The position numbers and the translations under genes were made by a program. Of a DNA stretch of 64,000 bases, positions 9,564 through 21,518 are shown piece by piece. Below the pieces are notes generated by a model that saw only the letters and a list, made by a program, of their open reading frames with translations, made no database searches and was not told the DNA's origin. The DNA is taken from NCBI GenBank assembly GCA_040220235.1, contig JAVJTO010000077.1; one strand, written 5' to 3'. The DNA is from Coleofasciculus sp. B1-GNL1-01 (GTDB lineage: Bacteria > Cyanobacteriota > Cyanobacteriia > Cyanobacteriales > Coleofasciculaceae). Position 1 is the stretch's first letter; every line of letters starts with the position of its first letter.

Positions 9564-10784
9564 TTAACCCAACGTTTCAAACACTTTAAACATGGGCAGA
9601 TACATAGAAACCAGAATTGTACCCACCATTCCCCCGATGACAATAATCATCACAGGCTCTAAGATACTGGTCAAAGCTTTTACCGTTTGCTCAACTTCAT
9701 CTTCATAGAAATCGGCAACCTTCATCAGCATTGAATCCAATTCCCCAGTTTCTTCACCAACACTAATCATCTGAATAGCTAGACCGGGGAAAACTTGCTC
9801 ATTTTGCATGGCAACACTGATCAAACCCCCTTGCTGAATTTCCTGCTTGGTCGCTTCCACAGCGTTAGCAATTACTTGGTTTCCTGAGGTATCCCGAACA
9901 ATATCTAACGCATTAAGAATGGGAACTCCGGAACGAGTCAACGTACCGAAGACGCGGCAAAACCGGGCGACTGATGATTTTTCATTCAGTTCACCCAACA
10001 GGGGTAGTTTCAATAGGAGTGCATCAATTTGCAAGCGACCGGGTGGGGTTTTGTAGTACTGCTTGATGACAACTGTAGTAATGATGATCACCGCAACTGG
10101 AATCAGAGCGTACCAGCTTCTGAGAACACCACTCAACCAGAGCATAAAAGCAGTCAGGGCTGGTAATGTTCCGCCGATTTCTTCAAAAATCCCGGCAAAG
10201 ATGGGGATGAGAAAAATGGTCATTCCCAAAAACACCAGTACAGCAAAGCCACCAACCACCAGAGGATAAGTCATTGCCGACTTAATCTGGTTTTGCAGCC
10301 GCGCCATATCTTCCAGCAGCTTGGCTAATCGGTTGAGAACTTCATCGAGGACACCCCCAACCTCTCCTGCTTGCACCATACTGACATAGAGTTGGTCGAA
10401 ACAGGCGGGATGTTCACGCATGGCATCTGAGAGACTGGTTCCCTGCTGAACTTCACTACTGATTACTGTCAGTGATTTTTTCAGCTTAGGATTGTCACAT
10501 TGATCCGATAAGATACCCAGACAACGCACAATGGCGACCCCAGCATTAACCATTACCGCAAATTGCCGGGAAAAAACGGCTCGGTCTTTAACGGTAACAC
10601 TCGTCATTTTTTCCTGGAGTGCGTCTAAATTTAGGTCTTCCAGGCTAAACGCTTTCTGAATACTGCCGACAATGGGATATTGATTTTTCAAGTGGGCGCG
10701 GGCTTGATCCGTAGAAAGAGCTTGAACTTTCTCTTTTTTGGCATTTCCTTTGGAATCCCGAACCTCAGCAATGAAGGTAGGCAT
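9564..10784 (-). CDS. pilC: Type IV pilus inner membrane platform PilC
   Basis: Two T2SSF repeats (FSRQFAVMVNAGV, GEETGELD); follows pilT. Confidence 0.95.
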   Translation of the reverse strand: MPTFIAEVRDSKGNAKKEKVQALSTDQARAHLKNQYPIVGSIQKAFSLEDLNLDALQEKMTSVTVKDRAVFSRQFAVMVNAGVAIVRCLGILSDQCDNPKLKKSLTVISSEVQQGTSLSDAMREHPACFDQLYVSMVQAGEVGGVLDEVLNRLAKLLEDMARLQNQIKSAMTYPLVVGGFAVLVFLGMTIFLIPIFAGIFEEIGGTLPALTAFMLWLSGVLRSWYALIPVAVIIITTVVIKQYYKTPPGRLQIDALLLKLPLLGELNEKSSVARFCRVFGTLTRSGVPILNALDIVRDTSGNQVIANAVEATKQEIQQGGLISVAMQNEQVFPGLAIQMISVGEETGELDSMLMKVADFYEDEVEQTVKALTSILEPVMIIVIGGMVGTILVSMYLPMFKVFETLG

Positions 10785-10875
10785 AGCTTGCGTCTGAATG
10801 AAGAAAGGATTGAAGGAAAGGGTTAGTTGTCCGGTGATATTTTTTCCAGTTCACGAGAGAACTAACCCCGATGAC

Positions 10876-12027
10876 TTAGCGAGTCTTAGCACCAACTTTT
10901 CCGCCTTTAGCGCCAGCACCAGCCATTCCAGCAGCACCGCCGAGAATACGCTGTAACTCGTCAGGCTTGGAACTCTTGGATATAGCTGCCTCAAAGGAAA
11001 TCGTTCCTTGTTTGACTAAATTTGCCAAGGTCTGTTCCATGGTGATCATGCCCATTTTCATTCCGGTTTGAATAGCGGAATACATTTGGGACACTTTCCC
11101 TTCACGAATTAGGTTAGAGATAGCCGGGGTGACAATCATAATTTCCTGTGCCATTGCCCGACCAAACTCACCAGGTTTCGGGTTTTTCTTAGGTACCAAA
11201 GTTTGACTGAAGACGGCGACCAAGGAGTTCGAGAGTTGAGCTTGGACTTGAGCTTGTTGTTCAGGAGGAAACACGTCCAGCATCCGGTTCACGGTTTGAG
11301 AGGCGGAACTGGTGTGCAAGGTTCCCATGACCAAGTGACCCGTTTCTGCGGCTGAAATCGCCAGTGAAATGGTTTCCAAGTCCCGCATCTCGCCGACCAG
11401 AATCACATCCGGGTCTTCCCGTAAGGCGGCTTTGAGCGCATTGGCAAAGCTTTTGGTATCTTCACCTTTTTGACGTTGGTGAACTAAGCTTTTAATGTTG
11501 GGAAAAACGTATTCAACCGGGTCTTCGACGGTGAGAATATGTTCGGGTCGGGTCCGATTAATTAAATCAATCATTGCCGCCAGTGTGGTGGTCTTTCCTG
11601 AACCTGTTGGTCCGGTCACCAGTACTAATCCCCGAGGACGTTCGCTCATTTCCCGGACAATATCAGGCAGACCTAATTGATCAAAGTTGGGAATCTTGGA
11701 GGACAACGCTCGCAAGCAAGCGGCGTAGTAGCCGCGCTCCTTATATACATTGACCCGGAAGCGAGCCAGTCCCTTCACCCCATAAGAGCAATCCAATTCC
11801 CAGTTCTGCTCCAATTCTTTACGCTGACTATTATTGAGCATACTGAAAATCAGCTTCTGACATTCTTGGGGATTTAGGGGATCTTCCCCAAAGGGTTGGA
11901 GTTTACCACTAATGCGGAAATAGACCGGTGCCCCGGCTTGAATATGCATATCTGAGCCACCCATTTCAATGAGTTGCTCCATCAAGTCTTCAATCATTAA
12001 ATCCATTGGCATGGCATTGTCTCCCAA
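10876..12027 (-). CDS. pilT: Type IV pilus retraction ATPase PilT
   Basis: GPTGSGKTT, LREDPDVILVGEMRD, AISNLIRE motif; start may be a few codons downstream. Confidence 0.95.
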   Translation of the reverse strand: MGDNAMPMDLMIEDLMEQLIEMGGSDMHIQAGAPVYFRISGKLQPFGEDPLNPQECQKLIFSMLNNSQRKELEQNWELDCSYGVKGLARFRVNVYKERGYYAACLRALSSKIPNFDQLGLPDIVREMSERPRGLVLVTGPTGSGKTTTLAAMIDLINRTRPEHILTVEDPVEYVFPNIKSLVHQRQKGEDTKSFANALKAALREDPDVILVGEMRDLETISLAISAAETGHLVMGTLHTSSASQTVNRMLDVFPPEQQAQVQAQLSNSLVAVFSQTLVPKKNPKPGEFGRAMAQEIMIVTPAISNLIREGKVSQMYSAIQTGMKMGMITMEQTLANLVKQGTISFEAAISKSSKPDELQRILGGAAGMAGAGAKGGKVGAKTR

Positions 12028-12117
12028 TCAGAATCAGTTGTTGCTTTTTAGTGTTTTTGGCGTAATCAATTGTTGTTGGGGGTTGAAGCCAACAACAATT
12101 CAGGAATACCGCAGCAG

Positions 12118-14121
12118 TTAGTCACGGAAACGTGGGGTCATACAGTACGGACAATCTAACCACTCCTGTTCTAACCCAGCGCCGCAAGTGCTACAGGAGA
12201 GGGATTGTTTACGTTTGGCTTTCAGTTCTGCCTCCAGACCGGAATCGGTAAACGTGACCCGTTCAACTTCTTCCAATGTGGTATGACCCTCCTGCACCAG
12301 GTTTAAACTGTAGGATAATAGGGTTTTCATCCCTTCTTCAACCGCTGCTTCTTTGATCCGTTCGGTAGGCGCTCCTTCATTGATTAGGAGTTGCAGTCGT
12401 TCGGTGTTCCGCATGACTTCATAAACGCCCACTCGTCCTTTGTACCCAACCCCATTACATTTTGGGCAGAGTGTTCCTTTGGAGCGAGCGTCGGTAATTT
12501 CTTCGGGTTGTAGAGTATTGGCTTTATAGAACGTGATTTCCCCTTCGCTGGAAGCGGTTAAACCAAATCGAGCCAGTTCAGCAGCAGTAGGCTGGTAAGG
12601 TGTACGACACTCCGTACAAACCCGCCGCATCAGGCGCTGGGCTAAAACTCCCAGAAGCGCACCCGACACCATGAATGGTTCAACCCCCATTTCATCCAAG
12701 CGAGGGATAGCGCCAGCCGCGTCGTTGGTATGGAGAGTCGTTAAAACTAAGTGTCCTGTGAGGGCGGCTTCAATTGCTGTTTTCGCGGTTTCCTTATCTC
12801 GCGTCTCACCCACCAGAATCACATCTGGGTCTTGCCGTAGAAATGAGCGTAGAATCGAGGCGAAGTCCATGCCTTTTTCCCGCAGTACCTGTACCTGGGT
12901 AATACCGGGTAAGGAATATTCAATTGGATCTTCTGCGGTACTGATATTGACACCTGGGTCATTGCGCTCAGCCAGCATAGAATAGAGGGTTGTGGATTTC
13001 CCGGAACCCGTCGGACCCGTGACCAAGATCAGCCCAAAGGGTCGTGCTGTCATTTCCCTGACCATTTCTAAGCTTTCTGGGTCAGTGATCAAAATATCCA
13101 AACCGAGTTGGGTGCTAGAGTTATCCAAAATCCGCAGGACAATCTTCTCACCATAGCGGCTGGGTAGGGTACTGACTCGGAAGTCAACCTTGCGCCCTTG
13201 GAACATGCGCCGAATTCTGCCATCTTGGGGCAATCGGCGTTCAGCGATGTCCAAATCTGCCATAATTTTGAAGCGAGCAGCAACGGCATTTTTGATTGTT
13301 TTAGGTAAGGGATCGAAGGCTTGCCGCAGTACGCCGTCTTTGCGGAAGCGAACCCGCAAGTATTCTTCTTGGGGTTCGATGTGAATGTCAGAAACGTCTT
13401 CTTGTAGGGCTTTGGCGAGGATTTTATTCACCAAGTTAATTACCGGGGCACCACCGGCTTCACCCGCGACTTTCGATATGTCTTCTTCCGTCGTTTCTTC
13501 TGGTGCATCAGACAGGGTTAAATTATCAATATCCTGAGTGATGTTTGTCTGCTTGGCAGCTTCCTGTTCCTTCTCCTGTGCCAGTTTTTGATCCCGATAT
13601 TGATTAATCAGATGCTGATAATCTTCTTGGGTAATCACCATCCGCCGTAACCCGATCCCTTGAGGGCGCAGAATCCGGTTTAGATCATCTTGGGCGTCGA
13701 GATTATCCGGGTCAACCATTGCCACCAGAACCGATGGGGGTTGACCATCATTTTTGGATAACGGCACCAAGCGATAGCGACTACAGATGTCAATGGGAAT
13801 TAGGCTTTCGATGAGTTCCTTGACTTGGTGACCGGAAATTTCACTAAGTTCCGGATCAAGAGATTCAACACCGTAAAGTATTTTGAGTTCAAACAGTTGC
13901 TGTTTCTTGTACTGACGGATTAAGTCAGGTGGCAACTGACGCCCGGTAATTGATTCAACGACATCGGTCAGAGGTCGTCCTGACTTCCGGCTTTCCGCCA
14001 ATGCCTGCCGCATTTGACCGTCATCAACGTAACCCGATTGAACGAGTTTATTTCCAAAGGGCGAAAAATCGTTTTTGACAACAAGGGCACGTCTTGCTGA
14101 TGATGATGGGGATTGAGTCAT
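12118..14121 (-). CDS. pilB: Type IV pilus assembly ATPase PilB
   Basis: GPTGSGKST, LRQDPDVILVGE, tetracysteine motif, C-terminal Cys-rich tail. Confidence 0.95.
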   Translation of the reverse strand: MTQSPSSSARRALVVKNDFSPFGNKLVQSGYVDDGQMRQALAESRKSGRPLTDVVESITGRQLPPDLIRQYKKQQLFELKILYGVESLDPELSEISGHQVKELIESLIPIDICSRYRLVPLSKNDGQPPSVLVAMVDPDNLDAQDDLNRILRPQGIGLRRMVITQEDYQHLINQYRDQKLAQEKEQEAAKQTNITQDIDNLTLSDAPEETTEEDISKVAGEAGGAPVINLVNKILAKALQEDVSDIHIEPQEEYLRVRFRKDGVLRQAFDPLPKTIKNAVAARFKIMADLDIAERRLPQDGRIRRMFQGRKVDFRVSTLPSRYGEKIVLRILDNSSTQLGLDILITDPESLEMVREMTARPFGLILVTGPTGSGKSTTLYSMLAERNDPGVNISTAEDPIEYSLPGITQVQVLREKGMDFASILRSFLRQDPDVILVGETRDKETAKTAIEAALTGHLVLTTLHTNDAAGAIPRLDEMGVEPFMVSGALLGVLAQRLMRRVCTECRTPYQPTAAELARFGLTASSEGEITFYKANTLQPEEITDARSKGTLCPKCNGVGYKGRVGVYEVMRNTERLQLLINEGAPTERIKEAAVEEGMKTLLSYSLNLVQEGHTTLEEVERVTFTDSGLEAELKAKRKQSLSCSTCGAGLEQEWLDCPYCMTPRFRD

Positions 14122-14931
14122 AGTGGGTGAGACTATCTCCTTGATTACAGAATTTCTAAAAGTTTTAGCGTTTGTCGTACTGGAGGAAGCGACAACGGTA
14201 ACCCCATTGCCTTGCCGCCAATTTGAATAAAAGGGCTTGACGGATCTCAGAATGGCTCCTTTCTCACTGGGTTTAGATCAGAGTACCCATGCTGGGAAAC
14301 ACGTTGAGGCGTGAATAGGGTTGGATGCCAACATGCTGGAGTTACCAATATCCTGGCAAGGGTGAAATGCAAGTCTTCAGATAATCTAAATGTGATAGAA
14401 TTCTGACTGAATTCAAAATTAGTCCTCTATAACCCTGATAGAATAATCTATTCCTTATTATAGATGGGGATACCGCCTCAAGTTTTATCTTAACCGTTAC
14501 CTAGTGCAGCGCGGCAAAAATACTTGAGCAGCTTCGTAGATACGATGAGCAGAGGGAGCTGGGAGAGCAGAGGGAGCTGGGAGAGCAGGGGAAGCTGGGA
14601 GAGCAGAGGGAGCAGAGGGAGCAGAGGGAGATGAGATGTTATCAACCGCTACAATTTCCTCGGAATTCTAGAGTGCCTCCGCCACCAAATCCTCGACGGA
14701 ACAGGCTATGTCTCTACGGCGAGAACTTCTGTTTAGCGGTGATTGAATCAATAGACACATTAACAACAGACAATTTTCCCCAGTATGTACTAGGATTTGA
14801 GGAGGTAGCAATCCGGACTTGATGCCTTGGGCTTTAGCCTACCCCAAATCTTGCCGTTAATCTGGGCAAGGTAAATGTTGCCATCCCTTGAAGGAGCAGG
14901 AGATTGATTGAGTTTTTAGTACGAGTGAATT

Positions 14932-15741
14932 ATGAGTGACGAAGACAAACAACCAAATACTACGTTGCAACAAACAGATGAGCAGAAGGCAGTGAATTCA
15001 GATAACCCCGATTTAAATGAGGCAACTTCCGAGGAGGAGGTTGGCGCACAACCCGATGTCGAGTCACCATCAACGACAGAAGCGGCAACCGCTGAAGTGA
15101 CAATGGAAGCGGCAGAAACTTCGACAGGGCAAGGTGTGGAGAGTGAGTCTGCGGAATCGGACTCTGCCGGATTGCCCGGTCAGCAGGAGGATGTCGCGGT
15201 TATCGAAACCTTGCAGCAGGAAAATGAACTCCTCAAAGCTCAACTGGAGGAAGTTAATCAGCAATTTGAAGCCTTTAAGACCCAATCCATGCGGATGGCT
15301 GCCGATTTTGATAACTTCCGCAAGCGGACGGCTAAAGAAAAAGAAGATTTAGAACATCAAGTAAAGCGTAATACTCTGGGCGAGTTATTATCCGTGGTTG
15401 ATAACTTTGAGCGGGCGCGATCGCAAATCAAACCTCAAAATGATGGGGAGATGGCGGTGCATAAGAGTTATCAGGGGATCTACAAACAACTGGTGGAATC
15501 CTTCAAACGCCTTGGGGTTTCGCCGATGCGTCCAGAAGGAACAGAGTTTGATCCCAATTTCCATGAAGCAGTGATGCGACAGCCGAGTGAGGAACATGAC
15601 GAAGGAATCGTCATCGAACAACTGATGCGTGGCTATTTCTTAGGCGATCGCGTATTGCGCCATGCGATGGTTAAAGTTGCTGCGGCTCCAGAGCCCGTGG
15701 TAACCTCAGAGGAAGAAACCTCGACAGAACCAGAAAGTTAA
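14932..15741 (+). CDS. grpE: Nucleotide exchange factor GrpE
   Basis: [34 protein letters not shown]. Confidence 0.95.
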   Translation: MSDEDKQPNTTLQQTDEQKAVNSDNPDLNEATSEEEVGAQPDVESPSTTEAATAEVTMEAAETSTGQGVESESAESDSAGLPGQQEDVAVIETLQQENELLKAQLEEVNQQFEAFKTQSMRMAADFDNFRKRTAKEKEDLEHQVKRNTLGELLSVVDNFERARSQIKPQNDGEMAVHKSYQGIYKQLVESFKRLGVSPMRPEGTEFDPNFHEAVMRQPSEEHDEGIVIEQLMRGYFLGDRVLRHAMVKVAAAPEPVVTSEEETSTEPES

Positions 15742-15884
15742 GCGGCACGGGGATACTCCCCCTTGGGTGTCTGTCTTAAAACAATCAACCCCAAACAACG
15801 GTTGAGCGCACGTCAGGTGAGTTCTGTAGCCACAGATTACCACCTTAAAAAGAAAACCTTACCGATCAGATAGGCCGAAGCGCT

Positions 15885-17855
15885 ATGGGAAAAGTCATTG
15901 GCATCGACCTGGGCACAACAAATAGTTGCGTGGCTGTCCTCGAAGGAGGTCAGCCCCTCGTCATTTCCAATACGGAAGGCGGACGAACCACACCGAGTAT
16001 TGTGGGATTTGGTAAATCGAATGAGCGCTTGGTTGGTCAACTAGCGAAGCGTCAGGCAGTTCCCAATGCTGAAAATACTGTCCATAGTATTAAACGGTTT
16101 ATTGGTCGCCGATGGGATGACACGGTAGAGGAGCGATCGCGGGTTCCCTACAATTGTGTTAAGGGTCGCGACGATACAGTCGATGTCCAGATCCGCTCCC
16201 ATCAATATACCCCGCAGGAAATCTCTGCCATGATCCTGCAAAAGCTGAAAGCCGATGCCGAAAACTTTCTCGGTGAACCCGTAGAACAAGCGGTGATTAC
16301 AGTACCTGCCTATTTTACCGATGCTCAACGGCAAGCGACCAAAGATTCCGGAACCATCGCAGGTTTAGAAGTGTTGCGGATCATCAACGAACCAACCGCC
16401 GCAGCATTGGCGTATGGGCTGGACAAGCAAGACGAAGAACACCAAGTTCTCGTCTTTGACTTAGGCGGCGGTACGTTTGATGTCTCGGTGATGCAATTGG
16501 GCGACGGCGTATTTGAAGTCAAAGCCACGTCTGGCAACAACCATTTAGGGGGAGATGACTTCGATAACGTGATCGTGCGCTGGATGATCCAGGAGTTCAA
16601 GGAACAAGAAGGCATCGACATCGGCGCAGATAAAATGGCGCTACAGCGTTTGCGAGAAGCCGCAGAAAAGGCAAAAATTGAACTCTCTAGCATGTTGAAC
16701 ACCTCGATCAACCTGCCGTTTATTACCGCAGATGAAACGGGTCCTAAACATCTAGAGATGGAATTGTCGCGAGCGAAGTTTGAAGAACTGGCGAGTGACT
16801 TGATCAAAGGCACAGTTGAACCCGTAAAACAGGCACTTAAAGATTGCGAACTTAAGCCCGATGATATTGACCGGATTCTGCTGGTTGGGGGTTCGACTCG
16901 CATCCCCGCCGTCCAGAAAGCGATTAGTAAGTTTTTCGGCGGTCGCCAGCCCGATAAATCGGTCAACCCCGATGAAGCGGTTGCCCTAGGCGCAGCCATT
17001 CAAGGGGGCGTCTTGGGCGGTGAAGTTGAAGACTTGTTGCTGCTCGACGTAACTCCATTGTCACTGGGGATTGAAACCTTAGGCGAAGTGTTCACCAAAA
17101 TTATCGAGCGTAACACCACGATCCCCACCAGTAAATCGCAAATCTTTTCCACGGCGACGGACGGACAAACCTCTGTGGAAATTCATGTCCTCCAGGGTGA
17201 ACGAGCGATGGCTCGTGATAACAAGAGCCTGGGTAAGTTTCTACTGACAGGCATTCCTCCGGCTCCCAGGGGTGTGCCTCAAATTGAGGTATCCTTTGAT
17301 ATTGATGTTAATGGAATTCTTAACGTCTCAGCGGCGGATAAAGGCACAGGACGAGAGCAAAGCATCCGGATTACCAACACTGGTGGATTAAATAGTGGTG
17401 AAGTGGAACGGATGCGCCAAGAAGCCGAGCAATTTGCCGAAGAAGACCGCCGTCGGATGCAACTGGTGGAACTGAAAAATCAAGCCGAAAGCCTCTTCTA
17501 CAGTTACGAATCGACCCTAAAAGACAATGCCGATTTGGTACGCGAGGACTTGAAGGCGCAGGGAGAGAAGAAAAAGCAACAGCTACAAGCTGCACTCAAA
17601 GACCCCTCGATTGCAGTGGAGGACGTTAAACAGCAACTAGAAGATTTCCAACAAACCCTGTTTACCATTGGTGCAGCCGTCTACCAAGAGAGTGCGCCCG
17701 ATTTGGAACCCGATGAGATTAGCGAAAGCGAGGAGGAACTTGCCTCACCTGTAGAAGTTAGCGAACCCTCGGAATCGGAACCCGAAGAAGAAGAGTTAAT
17801 TCTGAACTTTGATGATGAAACGGTAAATAATACTGACTATGAAACAGTTGACTAA
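15885..17855 (+). CDS. dnaK: Chaperone DnaK
   Basis: [30 protein letters not shown]. Confidence 0.97.
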   Translation: MGKVIGIDLGTTNSCVAVLEGGQPLVISNTEGGRTTPSIVGFGKSNERLVGQLAKRQAVPNAENTVHSIKRFIGRRWDDTVEERSRVPYNCVKGRDDTVDVQIRSHQYTPQEISAMILQKLKADAENFLGEPVEQAVITVPAYFTDAQRQATKDSGTIAGLEVLRIINEPTAAALAYGLDKQDEEHQVLVFDLGGGTFDVSVMQLGDGVFEVKATSGNNHLGGDDFDNVIVRWMIQEFKEQEGIDIGADKMALQRLREAAEKAKIELSSMLNTSINLPFITADETGPKHLEMELSRAKFEELASDLIKGTVEPVKQALKDCELKPDDIDRILLVGGSTRIPAVQKAISKFFGGRQPDKSVNPDEAVALGAAIQGGVLGGEVEDLLLLDVTPLSLGIETLGEVFTKIIERNTTIPTSKSQIFSTATDGQTSVEIHVLQGERAMARDNKSLGKFLLTGIPPAPRGVPQIEVSFDIDVNGILNVSAADKGTGREQSIRITNTGGLNSGEVERMRQEAEQFAEEDRRRMQLVELKNQAESLFYSYESTLKDNADLVREDLKAQGEKKKQQLQAALKDPSIAVEDVKQQLEDFQQTLFTIGAAVYQESAPDLEPDEISESEEELASPVEVSEPSESEPEEEELILNFDDETVNNTDYETVD

Positions 17856-18027
17856 GGCAATGCCTACCTAAATGATAAGTAGCAATTCGCTGGTTTTTTA
17901 TCCAAAATGGATAAGACGTGCAGGTGATCCGGATATCAGCCCTCGGTGGCGATAAAGCTGATTCTCTGTACAAACTATCCCGATTAACCCACCTCCATAA
18001 CGTAATCCAACCCTCCCGCATTGCTCT

Positions 18028-19155
18028 ATGCCTGACTACTATGACACTCTCGGCGTCTCTCGCGACGCTGACAAAGAAGAAATAAAGCGGGCTTACCGTC
18101 GCCTTGCCCGAAAGTACCATCCCGACGTTAACAAGGAACAAGGAGCGGAAGAGCGATTTAAAGAAATTAATCGAGCTTACGAAATCCTTTCCGAACCCGA
18201 AATGAAGGCACGATACGACCGCTTTGGTGAGGCGGGTGTATCCTCAGGTGCTGCTGGAGCCGGCTATCCCGATTTTGGGGATATGGGTTTTGCTGATATT
18301 TTTGAAAGCTTCTTCAGCGGTTTTGCTGGGGGTATGGGTCAGCAAACGGGACGTCGGCGTGGTGGACCGACGCGAGGGGATGACCTGCGCCTAGACTTGA
18401 AGCTAGAATTTCGGGAAGCTGTATTCGGTGGGGAAAAGGAAATTCGCATTCCTCACCTAGAAAACTGTAATACCTGTAACGGTACGGGAGCTAAACCGGG
18501 AACGCGACCGCGTACCTGTTCGACCTGTAGCGGCTCAGGACAAGTGCGTCGCGCGACTCGTACCCCCTTTGGCAGTTTCACTCAAGTGTCAGTCTGTCCA
18601 ACCTGTAACGGCGAAGGACAGGTGATTGAGGATAAGTGTGAAACCTGTGGGGGAGCAGGTCGCAAACAAGAAACCAAAAAGCTAAAAATTACGATTCCGC
18701 CCGGTGTGGATAATGGAACCCGGCTACGGGTTTCTAAGGAAGGGGATGCTGGATTACGCAGTGGTCCTCCAGGAGATTTATATGTCTACCTATTTGTTGA
18801 GGAAGATGCGGAATTTCAGCGAGATGGAATTAATGTTCTGTCGGATCTGAAAATTAGCTATTTACAAGCGATTTTAGGTTGTCGTCTCCAGGTTAATACC
18901 GTTGATGGTCCGGTGGAGTTGAAGATTCCCCCAGGAACCCAACCGAATACGGTGTTGACATTAGAAAATCATGGTGTGCCAAAATTAGGGAATCCGGTGA
19001 GTCGGGGCGATCATTTGATTACAACTCAAATCGACATTCCCACCCGAATCACAGCGGAGGAACGGGAGTTGCTGGAGAAGCTGGCAAAAATTAAAGGCGA
19101 TCGCACGGGTCAAGGGGGTATAGAAGGATTTTTGGGAGGACTGTTTCGCGGATGA
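18028..19155 (+). CDS. dnaJ: Chaperone DnaJ
   Basis: HPD J-domain, G/F-rich region, four CxxCxGxG repeats. Confidence 0.97.
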   Translation: MPDYYDTLGVSRDADKEEIKRAYRRLARKYHPDVNKEQGAEERFKEINRAYEILSEPEMKARYDRFGEAGVSSGAAGAGYPDFGDMGFADIFESFFSGFAGGMGQQTGRRRGGPTRGDDLRLDLKLEFREAVFGGEKEIRIPHLENCNTCNGTGAKPGTRPRTCSTCSGSGQVRRATRTPFGSFTQVSVCPTCNGEGQVIEDKCETCGGAGRKQETKKLKITIPPGVDNGTRLRVSKEGDAGLRSGPPGDLYVYLFVEEDAEFQRDGINVLSDLKISYLQAILGCRLQVNTVDGPVELKIPPGTQPNTVLTLENHGVPKLGNPVSRGDHLITTQIDIPTRITAEERELLEKLAKIKGDRTGQGGIEGFLGGLFRG

Positions 19156-19421
19156 GTAAGCCCACGGGATCGACAATTAATCAGACACCTGATGCTCAAC
19201 TGGATTTGCGAGGAACACCTTGCCCAATTAACTTTGTGCGGACTAAGCTACGTCTAGAACAAATGACGCCCGGATCTTTACTAGAAGTGTGGCTTGATCC
19301 GGGGGAACCGATTGAACAGGTTCCCGATAGTCTGACGATGGAAGGGTATCCGATTGAGGCACTCGACGATCGCAAAGACTACTTTGCCCTAAGAGTGCGG
19401 CGTCCGCAAGCTTCTGCATGA
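19152..19421 (+). CDS. TusA/SirA family sulfur carrier
   Basis: [12 protein letters not shown] motif. Confidence 0.88.
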   Translation: MSKPTGSTINQTPDAQLDLRGTPCPINFVRTKLRLEQMTPGSLLEVWLDPGEPIEQVPDSLTMEGYPIEALDDRKDYFALRVRRPQASA

Positions 19422-20617
19422 GCGAGGGAGTCGATAGTCCAGCGTCTGAGTTATCTGCCCCCTTATTGGGGACAGTTCTGGCAGTTCAGGCGAATTTCTA
19501 CCAGGTTCGATTAGAGTCAAAACTCAGCCAGGACGGGTTTGGTACAAACGTTACCATCAATAACCAGCAGCAAATCCCTAAACCCGCCCCTACAAATCAG
19601 GTTCCCGATCACCCTAGCTTTGGGTCAACACTCAACACTCAACACTCAACACTCAAAACTTTACTGTGTACCCGTCGTTCCCGATTGAAAAAAATTGGTC
19701 AACGGGTCATGGTTGGCGATCGCGTGGTCATTGAGGAACCAGACTGGACGGGTAACCGAGGTGCGATCGCAGAAGTTCTCCCCCGGAAAACTCAACTGGA
19801 TCGTCCTCCTGTGGCTAATGCTGAGCAAATTCTGTTGGTTTTTGCGTTAGCAGAACCTACCCTGGATGCGTATCAACTGAGTCGCTTTTTAGTCAAGGCA
19901 GAATCGACAGGTTTCCAGGTGTGTTTGTGTCTCAATAAAAGTGATTTAGTCACACCAGAAGAACAACAGCAGTGGCAGCAGCGCTTGAACGCCTGGGGAT
20001 ACCAACCCCTATTTATCAGCGTTTACAATAATATCGGTTTAGCCGAACTCCGCGATCGCTTAAACCAGAAAATTACCGTCTTAGCTGGATTGTCTGGAGT
20101 GGGAAAATCCAGTTTAATTAACCAACTTGCCCCCGAAGCCAACCTGCGCGTGGGAGAAGTAACTGGAAAATTAGGACGGGGACGCCACACTACCCGCCAT
20201 GTAGAATTGTTTGAATTACCCCAAGGGGGTTTATTGGCAGATACGCCGGGATTTAATCAGCCTGACTTGGATTGCACGCCAGCCGATTTAATCCATCATT
20301 TTCCCGAAGCGCGACAACGGTTAACGGTAGCCAGTTGTCAATTTAGTGATTGCTTACATCGAGATGAACCTAACTGTGTGGTACAGGGAGACTGGGAACG
20401 CTACGATCATTATCTGGGTTTCTTAGAGGAAGCGATCGCGCGTCAGGAACGCTTAAACCAACAAGCTGAGCCAGAGTCCACCCTTAAGGAGAAAATAAAA
20501 GGCAAGGGACAAACCCAATACGAACCCAAGTTAAACACTAAGAAATATCGGCGGCGTTCTCGGCGGACTCAACAGCAGGATTTAGAGGAACTCTATCAGG
20601 AAATGGAAGATTTATAA
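19418..20617 (+). CDS. rsgA: Small ribosomal subunit biogenesis GTPase RsgA with a repeat-derived insertion
   Basis: NKSD, GLSGVGKSS, GRHTT, DTPG, CQFSDCLH..EPNC. Confidence 0.93.
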   Translation: MSEGVDSPASELSAPLLGTVLAVQANFYQVRLESKLSQDGFGTNVTINNQQQIPKPAPTNQVPDHPSFGSTLNTQHSTLKTLLCTRRSRLKKIGQRVMVGDRVVIEEPDWTGNRGAIAEVLPRKTQLDRPPVANAEQILLVFALAEPTLDAYQLSRFLVKAESTGFQVCLCLNKSDLVTPEEQQQWQQRLNAWGYQPLFISVYNNIGLAELRDRLNQKITVLAGLSGVGKSSLINQLAPEANLRVGEVTGKLGRGRHTTRHVELFELPQGGLLADTPGFNQPDLDCTPADLIHHFPEARQRLTVASCQFSDCLHRDEPNCVVQGDWERYDHYLGFLEEAIARQERLNQQAEPESTLKEKIKGKGQTQYEPKLNTKKYRRRSRRTQQQDLEELYQEMEDL

Positions 20618-20695
20618 CTGAGTATTTGCCTCTGACTCATTCTCGACTGATGGTTGACCGAGAAGAGGAATTTGATTGGATGGTGTATTGCCGTA

Positions 20696-20890
20696 TTAAT
20701 TTTGAGCCAAAAATTGCCGAACCTGTACCATTAAGTTAGTATTATGCTGAGGATATTCTTGGTAGTTAGGTGAAGGACTAGAATAAGAACCCAGGAATAT
20801 TAATGCTGGGAAAATCATGAAAAGACTTGTATAAGCAACTCCCATAGGGCTAAGTAATTTTTTAAGGTGATTCAAATTATTTTTTAGCAT
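20696..20890 (-). CDS. Small hypothetical single-TM protein
   Basis: 64 aa with one hydrophobic segment, in an AT-rich region. Confidence 0.35.
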   Translation of the reverse strand: MLKNNLNHLKKLLSPMGVAYTSLFMIFPALIFLGSYSSPSPNYQEYPQHNTNLMVQVRQFLAQN

Positions 20891-21070
20891 ATCAGTTATC
20901 TTTATTGTTGATAAAAGTCACTTTTTTGGGCTATATGCTCTGCCTAGTCTCCATATATTAACCCTAATTCTCTATTCATAGCGTCTACCCCAAGTTTCAA
21001 GTTTAAATTAAATATTTATATCTATAGACAGATGGAATATTTCTTTAACTCTGAATGGATTAAATGACAT

Positions 21071-21161
21071 TACAGCGGTTTTCAATTTAGTTGATGACAG
21101 AACCTGATTTAGAAAGCAATGGGATAAAAATTTTTATTCTCTAAACGCGAAAAGTGCTGTA
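21071..21161. mobile_element. MITE family A copy
   Basis: TACAGCGGTTTTC...GAAAAGTGCTGTA, similar to 4261-4355. Confidence 0.8.
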
Positions 21162-21203
21162 AAGTGATGAAAAAACTGTTCCTGTTCTCTGTTTCCCTTT
21201 CCT

Positions 21204-21306
21204 TAAGCTGTTCGGCATTTAAACCTTAATATCAATAACGGCGAAAGCCTTGTAGTGCGAGCATCTTGCTCGCTACTAATACCCAATTTAAATGCATGAC
21301 AGCTTA
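21204..21306. mobile_element. MITE family B
   Basis: TAAGCTGTTCGGCATTTAAA...TTTAAATGCATGACAGCTTA with internal GTAGTGCGAGCATCTTGCTCGCTAC palindrome; copies at 42392-42494 and 56057-56186. Confidence 0.9.
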
Positions 21307-21313
21307 CTTCACT

Positions 21314-21427
21314 TATAGCGCTACGCGCTAGGCAATGGGCAATAGTGAAGAAAAACACTGACTCATCAAGGGATTGAGCGATTTAAATTTTTCTTCTTTT
21401 GTCCTAACCTGTGTGCGTAGTGCTATA
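21314..21427. mobile_element. MITE family C
   Basis: TATAGCGCTACGC...GCGTAGTGCTATA; inverted relative at 51410-51526. Confidence 0.85.
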
Positions 21428-21518
21428 TATCATGTCCTGATGATTGCCCATAATTGCAATGCTTTAAAAATAAGGGTTTCAGGCATTTTTATTCAGGGGG
21501 GTTTGACCGGACATGATA
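21428..21518. mobile_element. MITE family D
   Basis: TATCATGTCC...GGACATGATA; relative at 35413-35502. Confidence 0.8.

Noticed and set aside
16325..16999. 224-aa antisense ORF in dnaK and similar shadow ORFs elsewhere
   Set aside because: Antisense open frames of conserved genes with no independent coding signal
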